Assembly (NCBI GenBank): GCA_032718475.1
Contig: JAUCBJ010007193.1
Coordinates: 1-53,292 of the forward strand
Reading direction: 5' to 3'
Source of the DNA: Nemertoderma westbladi
Taxonomy: Eukaryota > Animalia > Xenacoelomorpha
DNA length: 53,292 bases
Shown: in pieces, positions 23,502 to 35,400 of the stretch
Position numbering within the stretch: the stretch's first letter is position 1
Layout of the letters: every line of letters begins with the position of its first letter
The notes under the pieces: generated by a model
The model's input: the letters and a program-made list of their open reading frames with translations, nothing else
What the model was told of the DNA's origin: nothing
The model's database searches: none
Program-made: the position numbers and the translations under genes

Positions 23502-24997
23502 ACTACTACTAGGATCGGCATGCTGCATTGCAGCTGCATTTTTAAGAATGCTGTGCCGTCTTATCGACAAAATTGCACCGCCACAACTCCCTATCACACA
23601 TGACATTTGCTAGATCATCCGCATCTTCAAGGCCAGTGTCCTTTAAGATGCATCTCAAGAAAGTCATGGGCTGTCCACCATGCTTATTCACTCCATGAGG
23701 CTGCCAAAGTACAAGATTATGCACTGGTTGGTCCTCACGGCGAAAGCAATGTCCTGCAAAGCGGAGGCGATTTTGTTCTAGTGTCAAGCTTGGGGGAACC
23801 AATGAGACACCTCCAATGTTATATAGTGTCTGGTTGGAGATGTGTGCATTGTACTCGACACAATGAACCCGGCGTAGCATTCTTGTGAATGTGCCATCCA
23901 CAGATTTGGTGTCCTCAGCTGTTAGAGCCCAGCATGGACTCCCATAGAGGAGTACTGGAACTACTGCTGCTCTAAATAATCGGACCTTAAGTTTCCGATT
24001 AATTCTCGGTGACTTCCAAATCATGGAAAGCCTATTCAAGGCTGCCCATGCCTTTCCCTTACGTATTCGAAGGTCCCCACCTGACTTCCGGATCCATGAT
24101 CCCAGGTAAAAGAAGTCATCCACATGCTCAAGCATACCATCTTTTGAGCTTATGCTCATCCGATCAGAGACTTGCTGAGGACTTTCAAAGTTAACTTAAA
24201 AGTTAACTTTCAAAATGTTGGTCTTTCTGGAGTTAATAAAAAGACCAACACTAGAAGCAGCATGTACTAATGAGCTGAGGAGCCGTTGGGCTCCCTCTAG
24301 TGATTCTGAGAGTACTCCTAAGTCATCTGCAAAGTCTAGATCAGTTAGGTACTTGGCAGGATTTCCTCGACTTCTGGAGCCAGTAGGTGGAGTTATCATC
24401 ACCCCATCATCATTATGATGATCTAAGGACATGCGTAGAACATAGTCAACCACAATTATGAACAAGAATGGTGCAAGTGTGTCTCCCTGGAGGACGCCCC
24501 ATAACACTTCAAATGGTTCTGTGTCACCGTCAACAGTAGACACAAATGTTGTCGAACCATCGTATACTGATCTGATTGCTGCAATAATTTCATCAGGAAT
24601 CCCATATAATGAAAGTATGCTGAACATACGTGAGCGAGAGACTGAATCAAAGGCCTTGAAGAAGTCAACAAAGATAACAGCCAGATGCCTGTCTTTCTTT
24701 ATTGATAACTCTTCAATTATCCTTCTAAGTGCCAAAATGGACTCCATGGTCCCACGACCTTTACGGAACCCATTCTGATTTCCACGGAGCAGTCTCTCAA
24801 TGGGATCCCTGATGCGATTTAATAGAATTATATTGTATAGCTTTGGAGCAATCGAGATCAATGAGATTCCCTGAAAAGAACCATAGAGTGTTAGGTTGCC
24901 CTTCTTGGGAACTGGCACCAACTTATTTGTTTTCATTTCTTGTGGGACTCTTGTTGTTCGGTACATGTCTACTATGATGGGATAGATGAGCTTTAAA
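23502..24997 (-). mobile_element. 5'-truncated RTE-clade LINE (reverse transcriptase, one in-frame stop at 24196)
   Basis: QNGFRKGR, FVDFFKAFDSV, GVLQGDTLAPFLF, DLDFADDL and FFYLGSW motifs. Short 3' UTR and (TAG)n tail at ~23502-23511. Flanked by 159-bp direct repeats. Confidence 0.92.
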
Positions 24998-25156
24998 CCA
25001 CCATGCTTATTTACTCCATGAGACCGCCAAACTGGCCAAAGCACAACAATATGCACTAGCTGGTCCTCACGGCGAAACCAATGTCCTACAAAGCGGAGGC
25101 GGCTTTGTTCTAGAGATTTGGTTCTAACGAAGCAAATCAGCTTCTGAAGTGGAGAT
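24998..25156. repeat. 159-bp direct repeat (long TSD) of 23343-23501
   Basis: CCACCATGCTTATT...GAAGTGGAGAT; one mismatch seen. Confidence 0.93.
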
Positions 25157-25556
25157 GATTTGTTAACAAATATTGGCGATTTGAGTTTCTGAATCGTAAA
25201 GATTTAAACATATTAATTCAAAAATACATCAATACCAACAGCAAATAACCACAGAATCGTATTTATCTGAAAAAATGTGAAATTGTAACAATTTAAAACT
25301 TAGAGTTGAGTTATTTATAACATTGATTACAGGTAAACTAAATAGGAAAGTTTCTTAAAACAAATATTACAAAATATAATATGATATTACATTCCTGAAT
25401 TAGATGACGGCCGTTCTGTTTAGCGAATTAAGTACCGGTATATATAACAGAAACAGCTAAGTAAAATATGTTAAACTAATATTATTGCACTGGCTATATT
25501 GGGTTCCCAGTTGAGTTTCAAGTAGTAGAAGGAGACCGGAAGTTATATAAAACATT

Positions 25557-26170
25557 CGGAAGTGACGTAATAGGAAACTGCGGAAGTGACGTAATAGGAA
25601 ACTACGGAAGTGACGTAATAGGAAACTGCGGAAGTGGCGTAATAGGAAACTGCGGAAGTGGCGTAATAGTGAACTACGGAAATGACGTAATAGTGAACTA
25701 CGGAAGTGACGTAATAGTGAACTACGGAAGTGACGTAATAGTGAACTACGGAAGTGGAGTAATAGTGAACTACGGAAGTGACGTAATAGTGAACTACGGA
25801 AGTGGAGTAATAGTGAACTCCGGAAGTGACGTAATAGAGAACTACGGAAGTGACGTAATAGTGAACTCCGGAAGTGACGTAATAGTGAACTACGGAAGTG
25901 ACGTAATAGTGAACTACGGAAGTGACGTAATAGTGAACTACGGAAGTGGAGTAATAGTGAACTCCGGAAGTGACGTAATAGTGAACTACGGAAGTGACGT
26001 AATAGTGAACTACGGAAGTGACGTAATAGTGAACTACGGAAGTGGAATAATAGTGAACTACGGAAGTTACGTAATAGTGAACTACGGAAGTGACGTAATA
26101 GTGAACTACGGAAGTGACGCAATAGTGAACTACGGAAGTGACGTAATAGTGAACTACGGAAGTGAGGTAA
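25557..26170. repeat. 24-bp minisatellite (~25 units) carrying an ETS-CRE composite motif
   Basis: Unit CGGAAGTGACGTAATAGTGAACTA. Confidence 0.95.
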
Positions 26171-26189
26171 CATGACAGTTCCTTGTATT

Positions 26190-26365
26190 TTGAACGGTTG
26201 CTAGGCAACAACATCACGCGGTCTCCGTGGGAACCACAGTTTCCTCCGCGTTGCCTTGGATATCATCGTCGGTTGTGGTATCGGCAGACTTCAGCTTCTT
26301 TAAGGGAGAAACCTTCTCCCCGCTAGGGGCGCTACGTTTAGTTGCGTCACCGGCACCGCCTGCAA
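26190..26365. promoter_or_regulatory. CpG-rich promoter/insulator-like segment
   Basis: RFX X-box GTTGCTAGGCAAC (26197-26209) and CTCF-like CCGCTAGGGGCGCTA (26320-26334). Motif matches only. Confidence 0.4.
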
Positions 26366-26485
26366 ACAACTAGGTATAATAATAAGAAAAGATACACCCC
26401 TGCTGGGGGAAATAGATGTTAAAATAAATAACTAAATAAAAGGGCACCATTGCAGTACTAAAATATTATTATGCAGTAAAATAAA

Positions 26486-29400
26486 GTTAGGGGAGACGGT
26501 TCGGGTGTTAGCAATAAGTAAGGTTAGATGGTTCGGGTGTTAGAAATCAGTTAGGTTAGATGGTTCGGGTGTTAGCAATCAGTTAGGTGAGACGGTTCGG
26601 GGTGTTAACAATCAGTTAGGAGAGATGGTTCGGGTGTTAGCAATCAGTTAGGTGAGATGGTTCGGGTGTTAGCAATCAGTTAGGTGAGATGGTTCGGGTG
26701 TTAGCAATCAGTTAGGAGAGATGGTTCGGGTGTTAGCAATCAGTTAGGTGAGATGGTTCGGGTGTTAGCAATCAGTTAGGAGAGACGGTTCGCGTGTTAG
26801 CAATCAGTTAGGTGAGATGGTTCGGGTGTTAGCAATCAGTTAGGTGAGATGGTTCGGGTGTTAGCAATCAGTTAGGTGAGATGGTTCGGGTGTTAGCAAT
26901 CAGTTAGGAGAGACGGTTCGGGTGTTAGCAATCAGTTAGGTGAGATGGTTCGGGTGTTAGCAATCAGTTAGGTGAGATGGTTCGGGTGTTAGCAATCAGT
27001 TAGGTGAGACGGTTCGGGTGTTAGCAATCAGTTAGGAGAGATGGTTCGGGTGTTAGCAATCAGTTAGGTGAGACGGATCGGGTGTTAGCAATCAGTTAGG
27101 AGAGACGGTTCGGGTGTTGGCAATCAGTTAGGTGAGATGGTTCGGGTGTTAGCAATCAGTTAGGAGAGATGGTTCGGGTGTTAGCAATCAGTTAGGTGAG
27201 ATGGTTCGGGTGTTAGCAATCAGTTAGGTGAGATGGTTCGGGTGTTAGCAATCAGTTAGGTGAGACGGTTCGGGTGTTAGCAATCAGATAGGAGATATGG
27301 TTCGGGTGTTAGCAATCAGTTAGGTGAGATGGTTCGGGTGTTAGCAATCAGTTAGGAGAGACGGTTCGGGTGTTAGCAATCAGTTAGGAGAGACGGTTCG
27401 GGTGTTAGCAATCAGTTAGGTGAGATGGTTCGGGTGTTAGCAATCAGTTAGGTGAGATGGTTCGGGTGTTAGCAATCAGTTAGGTGAGATGGTTCGGGTG
27501 TTAGCAATCAGTTAGGTGAGATGGTTCGGGTGTTAGCAATCAGTTAGGTGAGATGGTTCGGGTGTTAGCAATCAGTTAGGTGAGATGGTTCGGGTGTTAG
27601 CAATCAGTTAGGTGAGATGGTTCGGGTGTTAGCAATCAGTTAGGTGAGATGGTTCGGGTGTTAGCAATCAGTTAGGTGAGACGGTTCGGGTGTTAGCAAT
27701 CAGTTAGGTTAGATGGTTCGGGTGTTAGCAATCAGTTAGGTGAGACGGTTCGGGTGTTAACAATCAGTTAGGAGAGATGGTTCGGGTGTTAGCAATCAGT
27801 TAGGTGAGATGGTTCGGGTGTTAGCAATCAGTTAGGTGAGATGGTTCGGGTGTTAGCAATCAGTTAGGTGAGATGGTTCGGGTGTTAGCAATCAGTTAGG
27901 TGAGATGGTTCGGGTGTTAGCAATCAGTTAGGTGAGATGGTTCGGGTGTTAGCAATCAGTTAGGTGAGATGGTTCGGGTGTTAGCAATCAGTTAGGTGAG
28001 ATGGTTCGGGTGTTAGCAATCAGTTAGGTGAGATGGTTCGGGTGTTAGCAATCAGTTAGGTGAGATGGTTCGGGTGTTAGCAATCAGTTAGGTGAGATGG
28101 TTCGGGTGTTAGCAATCAGTTAGGTGAGATGGTTCGGGTGTTAGCAATCAGTTAGGTGAGATGGTTCGGGTGTTAGCAATCAGTTAGGTGAGATGGTTCG
28201 GGTGTTAGCAATCAGTTAGGTGAGATGGTTCGGGTGTTAGCAATCAGTTAGGTGAGATGGTTCGGGTGTTAGCAATCAGTTAGGTGAGATGGTTCGGGTG
28301 TTAGCAATCAGTTAGGTGAGATGGTTCGGGTGTTAGCAATCAGTTAGGTGAGATGGTTCGGGTGTTAGCAATCAGTTAGGTGAGATGGTTCGGGTGTTAG
28401 CAATCAGTTAGGTGGGACGGATCGGGTGTTAGCAATCAGTTAGGATAGACGGTTCGGGTGTTAGCAATCAGTTAGGAGAGACGGTTCGGGTGTTAGCAAT
28501 CAGTTAGGTGAGATGGTTCGGGTGTTAGCAATCAGTTAGGTGAGATGGTTCGGGTGTTAGCAATCAGTTAGGTGAGATGGTTCGGGTGTTAGCAATCAGT
28601 TAGGTGAGATGGTTCGGGTGTTAGCAATCAGTTAGGTAGGAGAGACGGTTCGGGTGTTAGCAATCAGTTAGGTGAGACGGTTCGGGTGTTAGCAATCAGT
28701 TAGGTGAGACGGTTCGGGTGTTACCAATCAGTTAGGTTAGACGGTTCGGGTGTTAGCAATCAGTTAGGTGAGATGGTTCGGGTGTTAGCAATCAGTTAGG
28801 TGAGGCGGTTCGGGTGTTAGCAATCAGATAGGTTAGACGGTTCGGGTGTTAGCAATCAGTTAGGTGAGATGGTTCGGGTGTTAGCAATCAGTTAGGTGAG
28901 ATGGTTCGGGTGTTAGCAATCAGTTAGGTGAGATGGTTCGGGTGTTAGCAATCAGTTAGGTGAGATGGTTCGGGTGTTAGCAATCAGTTAGGTGAGATGG
29001 TTCGGGTGTTAGCAATCAGTTAGGTGAGACGGTTCGGGTGTTACCAATCAGTTAGGTTAGACGGTTCGGGTGTTAGCAATCAGTTAGGTGAGATGGTTCG
29101 GGTGTTAGCAATCAGTTAGGTGAGATGGTTCGGTTGTTACCAATCAGTTAGGTAGGAGAGACGGTTCGGGTGTTAGCAATCAGTTAGGTGAGACGGTTCG
29201 GGTGTTAGCAATCAGTTAGGTGAGACGGTTCGGGTGTTACCAATCAGTTAGGTTAGACGGTTCGGGTGTTAGCAATCAGTTAGGTGAGATGGTTCGGGTG
29301 TTAGCAATCAGTTAGGTGAGATGGTTCGGGTGTTAGCAATCAGTTAGGTGAGATGGTTCGGGTGTTAGCAATCAGTTAGGTGAGATGGTTCGGGTGTTAG

Positions 29401-32400
29401 CAATCAGTTAGGTGAGATGGTTCGGGTGTTAGCAATCAGTTAGGTGAGATGGTTCGGGTGTTAGCAATCAGTTAGGTGAGACGGTTCGGGTGTTAGCAAT
29501 CAGTTAGGTTAGATGGTTCGGGTGTTAGCAATCAGTTAGGTGAGACGGTTCGGGTGTTAACAATCAGTTAGGAGAGATGGTTCGGGTGTTAGCAATCAGT
29601 TAGGTGAGATGGTTCGGGTGTTAGCAATCAGTTAGGTGAGATGGTTCGGGTGTTAGCAATCAGTTAGGTGAGATGGTTCGGGTGTTAGCAATCAGTTAGG
29701 TGAGATGGTTCGGGTGTTAGCAATCAGTTAGGTGAGATGGTTCGGGTGTTAGCAATCAGTTAGGTGAGATGGTTCGGGTGTTAGCAATCAGTTAGGTGAG
29801 ATGGTTCGGGTGTTAGCAATCAGTTAGGTGAGATGGTTCGGGTGTTAGCAATCAGTTAGGTGAGATGGTTCGGGTGTTAGCAATCAGTTAGGTGAGATGG
29901 TTCGGGTGTTAGCAATCAGTTAGGTGAGATGGTTCGGGTGTTAGCAATCAGTTAGGTGAGATGGTTCGGGTGTTAGCAATCAGTTAGGTGAGATGGTTCG
30001 GGTGTTAGCAATCAGTTAGGTGAGATGGTTCGGGTGTTAGCAATCAGTTAGGTGAGATGGTTCGGGTGTTAGCAATCAGTTAGGTGAGATGGTTCGGGTG
30101 TTAGCAATCAGTTAGGTGAGATGGTTCGGGTGTTAGCAATCAGTTAGGTGAGATGGTTCGGGTGTTAGCAATCAGTTAGGTGAGATGGTTCGGGTGTTAG
30201 CAATCAGTTAGGTGAGATGGTTCGGGTGTTAGCAATCAGTTAGGTGAGATGGTTCGGGTGTTAGCAATCAGTTAGGTGAGATGGTTCGGGTGTTAGCAAT
30301 CAGTTAGGTGAGATGGTTCGGGTGTTAGCAATCAGTTAGGTGAGATGGTTCGGGTGTTAGCAATCAGTTAGGTGAGATGGTTCGGGTGTTAGCAATCAGT
30401 TAGGTGAGATGGTTCGGGTGTTAGCAATCAGTTAGGTGAGATGGTTCGGGTGTTAGCAATCAGTTAGGTGAGATGGTTCGGGTGTTAGCAATCAGTTAGG
30501 TGAGACGGTTCGGGTGTTACCAATCAGTTAGGTTAGACGGTTCGGGTGTTAGCAATCAGTTAGGTGAGATGGTTCGGGTGTTAGCAATCAGTTAGGTGAG
30601 ATGGTTCGGTTGTTACCAATCAGTTAGGTAGGAGAGACGGTTCGGGTGTTAGCAATCAGTTAGGTGAGACGGTTCGGGTGTTAGCAATCAGTTAGGTGAG
30701 ACGGTTCGGGTGTTACCAATCAGTTAGGTTAGACGGTTCGGGTGTTAGCAATCAGTTAGGTGAGATGGTTCGGGTGTTAGCAATCAGTTAGGTGAGGCGG
30801 TTCGGGTGTTAGCAATCAGATAGGTTAGACGGTTCGGGTGTTAGCAATCAGTTAGGTGAGATGGTTCGGGTGTTAGCAATCAGTTAGGTGAGATGGTTCG
30901 GGTGTTAGCAATCAGTTAGGTGAGATGGTTCGGGTGTTAGCAATCAGTTAGGTGAGATGGTTCGGGTGTTAGCAATCAGTTAGGTGTGATGGTTCGGGTG
31001 TTAGCAATCAGTTAGGTGAGATGGTTCGGGTGTTAGCAATCAGTTAGGTGAGATGGTTCGGGTGTTAGCAATCAGTTAGGTGAGATGGTTCGGGTGTTAG
31101 CAACAGTTAGGTGAGATGGTTCGGGTGTTAGCAATCAGTTAGGTGAGATGGTTCGGGTGTTAGCAATCAGTTAGGTGAGACGGTTCGGGTGTTAGCAACC
31201 AGTTAGGTTAGATGGTTCGGGTGTTAGCAATCAGTTAGGTGAGACGGTTCGGGTGTTAACAATCAGTTAGGAGAGATGGTTCGGGTGTTAGCAATCAGTT
31301 AGGTGAGATGGTTCGGGTGTTAGCAATCAGTTAGGAAGATGGTTCGGGTGTTAGCAATCAGTTAGGTGAGATGGTTCGGGTGTTAGCAATCAGTTAGGTG
31401 AGATGGTTCGGGTGTTAGCAATCAGTTAGGTGAGACGGTTCGGGTGTTAGCAATCAGTTAGGTGAGATGGTTCGGGTGTTAGCAATCAGTTAGGTGAGAC
31501 GGTTCGGGTGTTAGCAATCAGTTAGGTGAGATGGTTCGGGTGTTAGCAATCAGTTAGGTGAGATGGTCCGGTTCGGGTGTTAGCAATCAGTTAGGTGAGA
31601 CGGTTCGGGTGTTAGCAATCAGTTAGGTGAGATGGTTCGGGTGTTAGCAATCAGTTAGGTGAGATGGTTCGGGTGTTAGCAATCAGTTAGGTGAGACGGT
31701 TCGGGTGTTAGCAATCAGTTAGGTGAGATGGTTCGGGTGTTAGCAATCAGTTAGGTGAGATGGTTCGGGTGTTAGCAATCAGTTAGGTGAGACGGTTCGG
31801 GTGTTAGCAATCAGTTAGGAGAGATGGTTCGGGTGTTAGCAATCAGTTAGGTGAGATGGTTCGGGTGTTAGCAATCAGTTAGGTGAGATGGTTCGGGTGT
31901 TAGCAATCAGTTAGGTGAGATGGTTCGGGTGTCAGCAATCAGTTAGGAGAGACGGTTCGGGTGTCAGCAATCAGTTAGGTGAGACGGTTCGGGTGTTACC
32001 AATCAGTTAGGTTAGACGGTTCGGGTGTTAGCAATCAGTTAGGTGAGATGGTTCGGGTGTTAGCAATCAGTTAGGTGAGATGGTTCGGTTGTTACCAATC
32101 AGTTAGGTAGGAGAGACGGTTCGGGTGTTAGCAATCAGTTAGGTGAGACGGTTCGGGTGTTAGCAATCAGTTAGGTGAGACGGTTCGGGTGTTACCAATC
32201 AGTTAGGTTAGACGGTTCGGGTGTTAGCAATCAGTTAGGTGAGATGGTTCGGGTGTTAGCAATCAGTTAGGTGAGATGGTTCGGGTGTTAGCAATCAGTT
32301 AGGTGAGATGGTTCGGGTGTTAGCAATCAGTTAGGTGAGATGGTTCGGGTGTTAGCAATCAGTTAGGTGAGATGGTTCGGGTGTTAGCAATCAGTTAGGT

Positions 32401-35400
32401 GAGATGGTTCGGGTGTTAGCAATCAGTTAGGTGAGACGGTTCGGGTGTTAGCAATCAGTTAGGTTAGATGGTTCGGGTGTTAGCAATCAGTTAGGTGAGA
32501 CGGTTCGGGTGTTAACAATCAGTTAGGAGAGATGGTTCGGGTGTTAGCAATCAGTTAGGTGAGATGGTTCGGGTGTTAGCAATCAGTTAGGTGAGATGGT
32601 TCGGGTGTTAGCAATCAGTTAGGTGAGATGGTTCGGGTGTTAGCAATCAGTTAGGTGAGATGGTTCGGGTGTTAGCAATCAGTTAGGTGAGATGGTTCGG
32701 GTGTTAGCAATCAGTTAGGTGAGATGGTTCGGGTGTTAGCAATCAGTTAGGTGAGATGGTTCGGGTGTTAGCAATCAGTTAGGTGAGATGGTTCGGGTGT
32801 TAGCAATCAGTTAGGTGAGATGGTTCGGGTGTTAGCAATCAGTTAGGTGAGATGGTTCGGGTGTTAGCAATCAGTTAGGTGAGATGGTTCGGGTGTTAGC
32901 AATCAGTTAGGTGAGATGGTTCGGGTGTTAGCAATCAGTTAGGTGAGATGGTTCGGGTGTTAGCAATCAGTTAGGTGAGATGGTTCGGGTGTTAGCAATC
33001 AGTTAGGTGAGATGGTTCGGGTGTTAGCAATCAGTTAGGTGAGATGGTTCGGGTGTTAGCAATCAGTTAGGTGAGATGGTTCGGGTGTTAGCAATCAGTT
33101 AGGTGAGATGGTTCGGGTGTTAGCAATCAGTTAGGTGAGATGGTTCGGGTGTTAGCAATCAGTTAGGTGAGATGGTTCGGGTGTTAGCAATCAGTTAGGT
33201 GAGATGGTTCGGGTGTTAGCAATCAGTTAGGTGAGATGGTTCGGGTGTTAGCAATCAGTTAGGTGAGATGGTTCGGGTGTTAGCAATCAGTTAGGTGAGA
33301 TGGTTCGGGTGTTAGCAATCAGTTAGGTGAGATGGTTCGGGTGTTAGCAATCAGTTAGGTGAGATGGTTCGGGTGTTAGCAATCAGTTAGGTGAGATGGT
33401 TCGGGTGTTAGCAATCAGTTAGGTGAGATGGTTCGGGTGTTAGCAATCAGTTAGGTGAGACGGTTCGGGTGTTACCAATCAGTTAGGTTAGACGGTTCGG
33501 GTGTTAGCAATCAGTTAGGTGAGATGGTTCGGGTGTTAGCAATCAGTTAGGTGAGATGGTTCGGTTGTTACCAATCAGTTAGGTAGGAGAGACGGTTCGG
33601 GTGTTAGCAATCAGTTAGGTGAGACGGTTCGGGTGTTAGCAATCAGTTAGGTGAGACGGTTCGGGTGTTACCAATCAGTTAGGTTAGACGGTTCGGGTGT
33701 TAGCAATCAGTTAGGTGAGATGGTTCGGGTGTTAGCAATCAGTTAGGTGAGGCGGTTCGGGTGTTAGCAATCAGATAGGTTAGACGGTTCGGGTGTTAGC
33801 AATCAGTTAGGTGAGATGGTTCGGGTGTTAGCAATCAGTTAGGTGAGATGGTTCGGGTGTTAGCAATCAGTTAGGTGAGATGGTTCGGGTGTTAGCAATC
33901 AGTTAGGTGAGATGGTTCGGGTGTTAGCAATCAGTTAGGTGTGATGGTTCGGGTGTTAGCAATCAGTTAGGTGAGATGGTTCGGGTGTTAGCAATCAGTT
34001 AGGTGAGATGGTTCGGGTGTTAGCAATCAGTTAGGTGAGATGGTTCGGGTGTTAGCAACAGTTAGGTGAGATGGTTCGGGTGTTAGCAATCAGTTAGGTG
34101 AGATGGTTCGGGTGTTAGCAATCAGTTAGGTGAGACGGTTCGGGTGTTAGCAACCAGTTAGGTTAGATGGTTCGGGTGTTAGCAATCAGTTAGGTGAGAC
34201 GGTTCGGGTGTTAACAATCAGTTAGGAGAGATGGTTCGGGTGTTAGCAATCAGTTAGGTGAGATGGTTCGGGTGTTAGCAATCAGTTAGGAAGATGGTTC
34301 GGGTGTTAGCAATCAGTTAGGTGAGATGGTTCGGGTGTTAGCAATCAGTTAGGTGAGATGGTTCGGGTGTTAGCAATCAGTTAGGTGAGACGGTTCGGGT
34401 GTTAGCAATCAGTTAGATGAGATGGTTCGGGTGTTAGCAATCAGTTAGGTGAGACGGTTCGGGTGTTAGCAATCAGTTAGGTGAGATGGTTCGGGTGTTA
34501 GCAATCAGTTAGGTGAGATGGTCCGGTTCGGGTGTTAGCAATCAGTTAGGTGAGACGGTTCGGGCGTTAGCAATCAGTTAGGTGAGATGGTTCGGGTGTT
34601 AGCAATCAGTTAGGTGAGATGGTTCGGGTGTTAGCAATCAGTTAGGTGAGACGGTTCGGGTGTTAGCAATCAGTTAGGTGAGATGGTTCGGGTGTTAGCA
34701 ATCAGTTAGATGAGATGGTTCGGGTGTTAGCAATCAGTTAGGTGAGACGGTTCGGGTGTTAGCAATCAGTTAGGAGAGATGGTTCGGGTGTTAGCAATCA
34801 GTTAGGTGAGACGGTTCGGGTGTTAGCAATCAGTTAGGTGAGATGGTTCGGGTGTTAGCAATCAGTTAGGTGAGATGGTTCGGGTGTCAGCAATCAGTTA
34901 GGAGAGACGGTTCGGGTGTCAGCAATCAGTTAGGAGAGACGGTTCGGGTGTTAGCAATCAGTTAGGTGAGATGGTTCGGGTGTTAGCAATCAGTTAGGTG
35001 AGATGGTTCGGGTGTTAGCAATCAGTTAGGTGAGATGGTTCGGGTGTTAGCAATCAGTTAGGTTAGATGGTTCGGGTGTCAGCAATCAGTTAGGAGAGAC
35101 GGTTCGGGTGTTAGCAATCAGTTAGGTGAGATGGTTCGGGTGTTAGCAATCAGTTAGGTGAGATGGTTCGGGTGTTAGCAATCAGTTAGGTGAGATGGTT
35201 CGGGTGTTAGCAATCAGTTAGGAGAGATGGTTCGGGTGTTAGCAATCAGTTAGGTGAGATGGTTCGGGTGTTAGCAATCAGTTAGGTGAGATGGTTCGGG
35301 TGTTAGCAATCAGTTAGGAGAGATGGTTCGGGTGTTAGCAATCAGTTAGGTGAGACGGTTCGGGTGTTAGCAATCAGTTAGGTGAGATGGTTCGGGTGTT

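Noticed and set aside
25457-26217. Repetitive ORFs (LLRHFRSS)n, (NYGSDVIV)n and (YYVTSVVH)n
   Set aside because: They arise from a 24-bp unit open in several frames; there is no evidence of coding.
26304-26330. Helitron 3' end (hairpin plus CTAG)
   Set aside because: The hairpin is only 2 nt from CTAG, the next base is not T, and no 5' TC end was identified.
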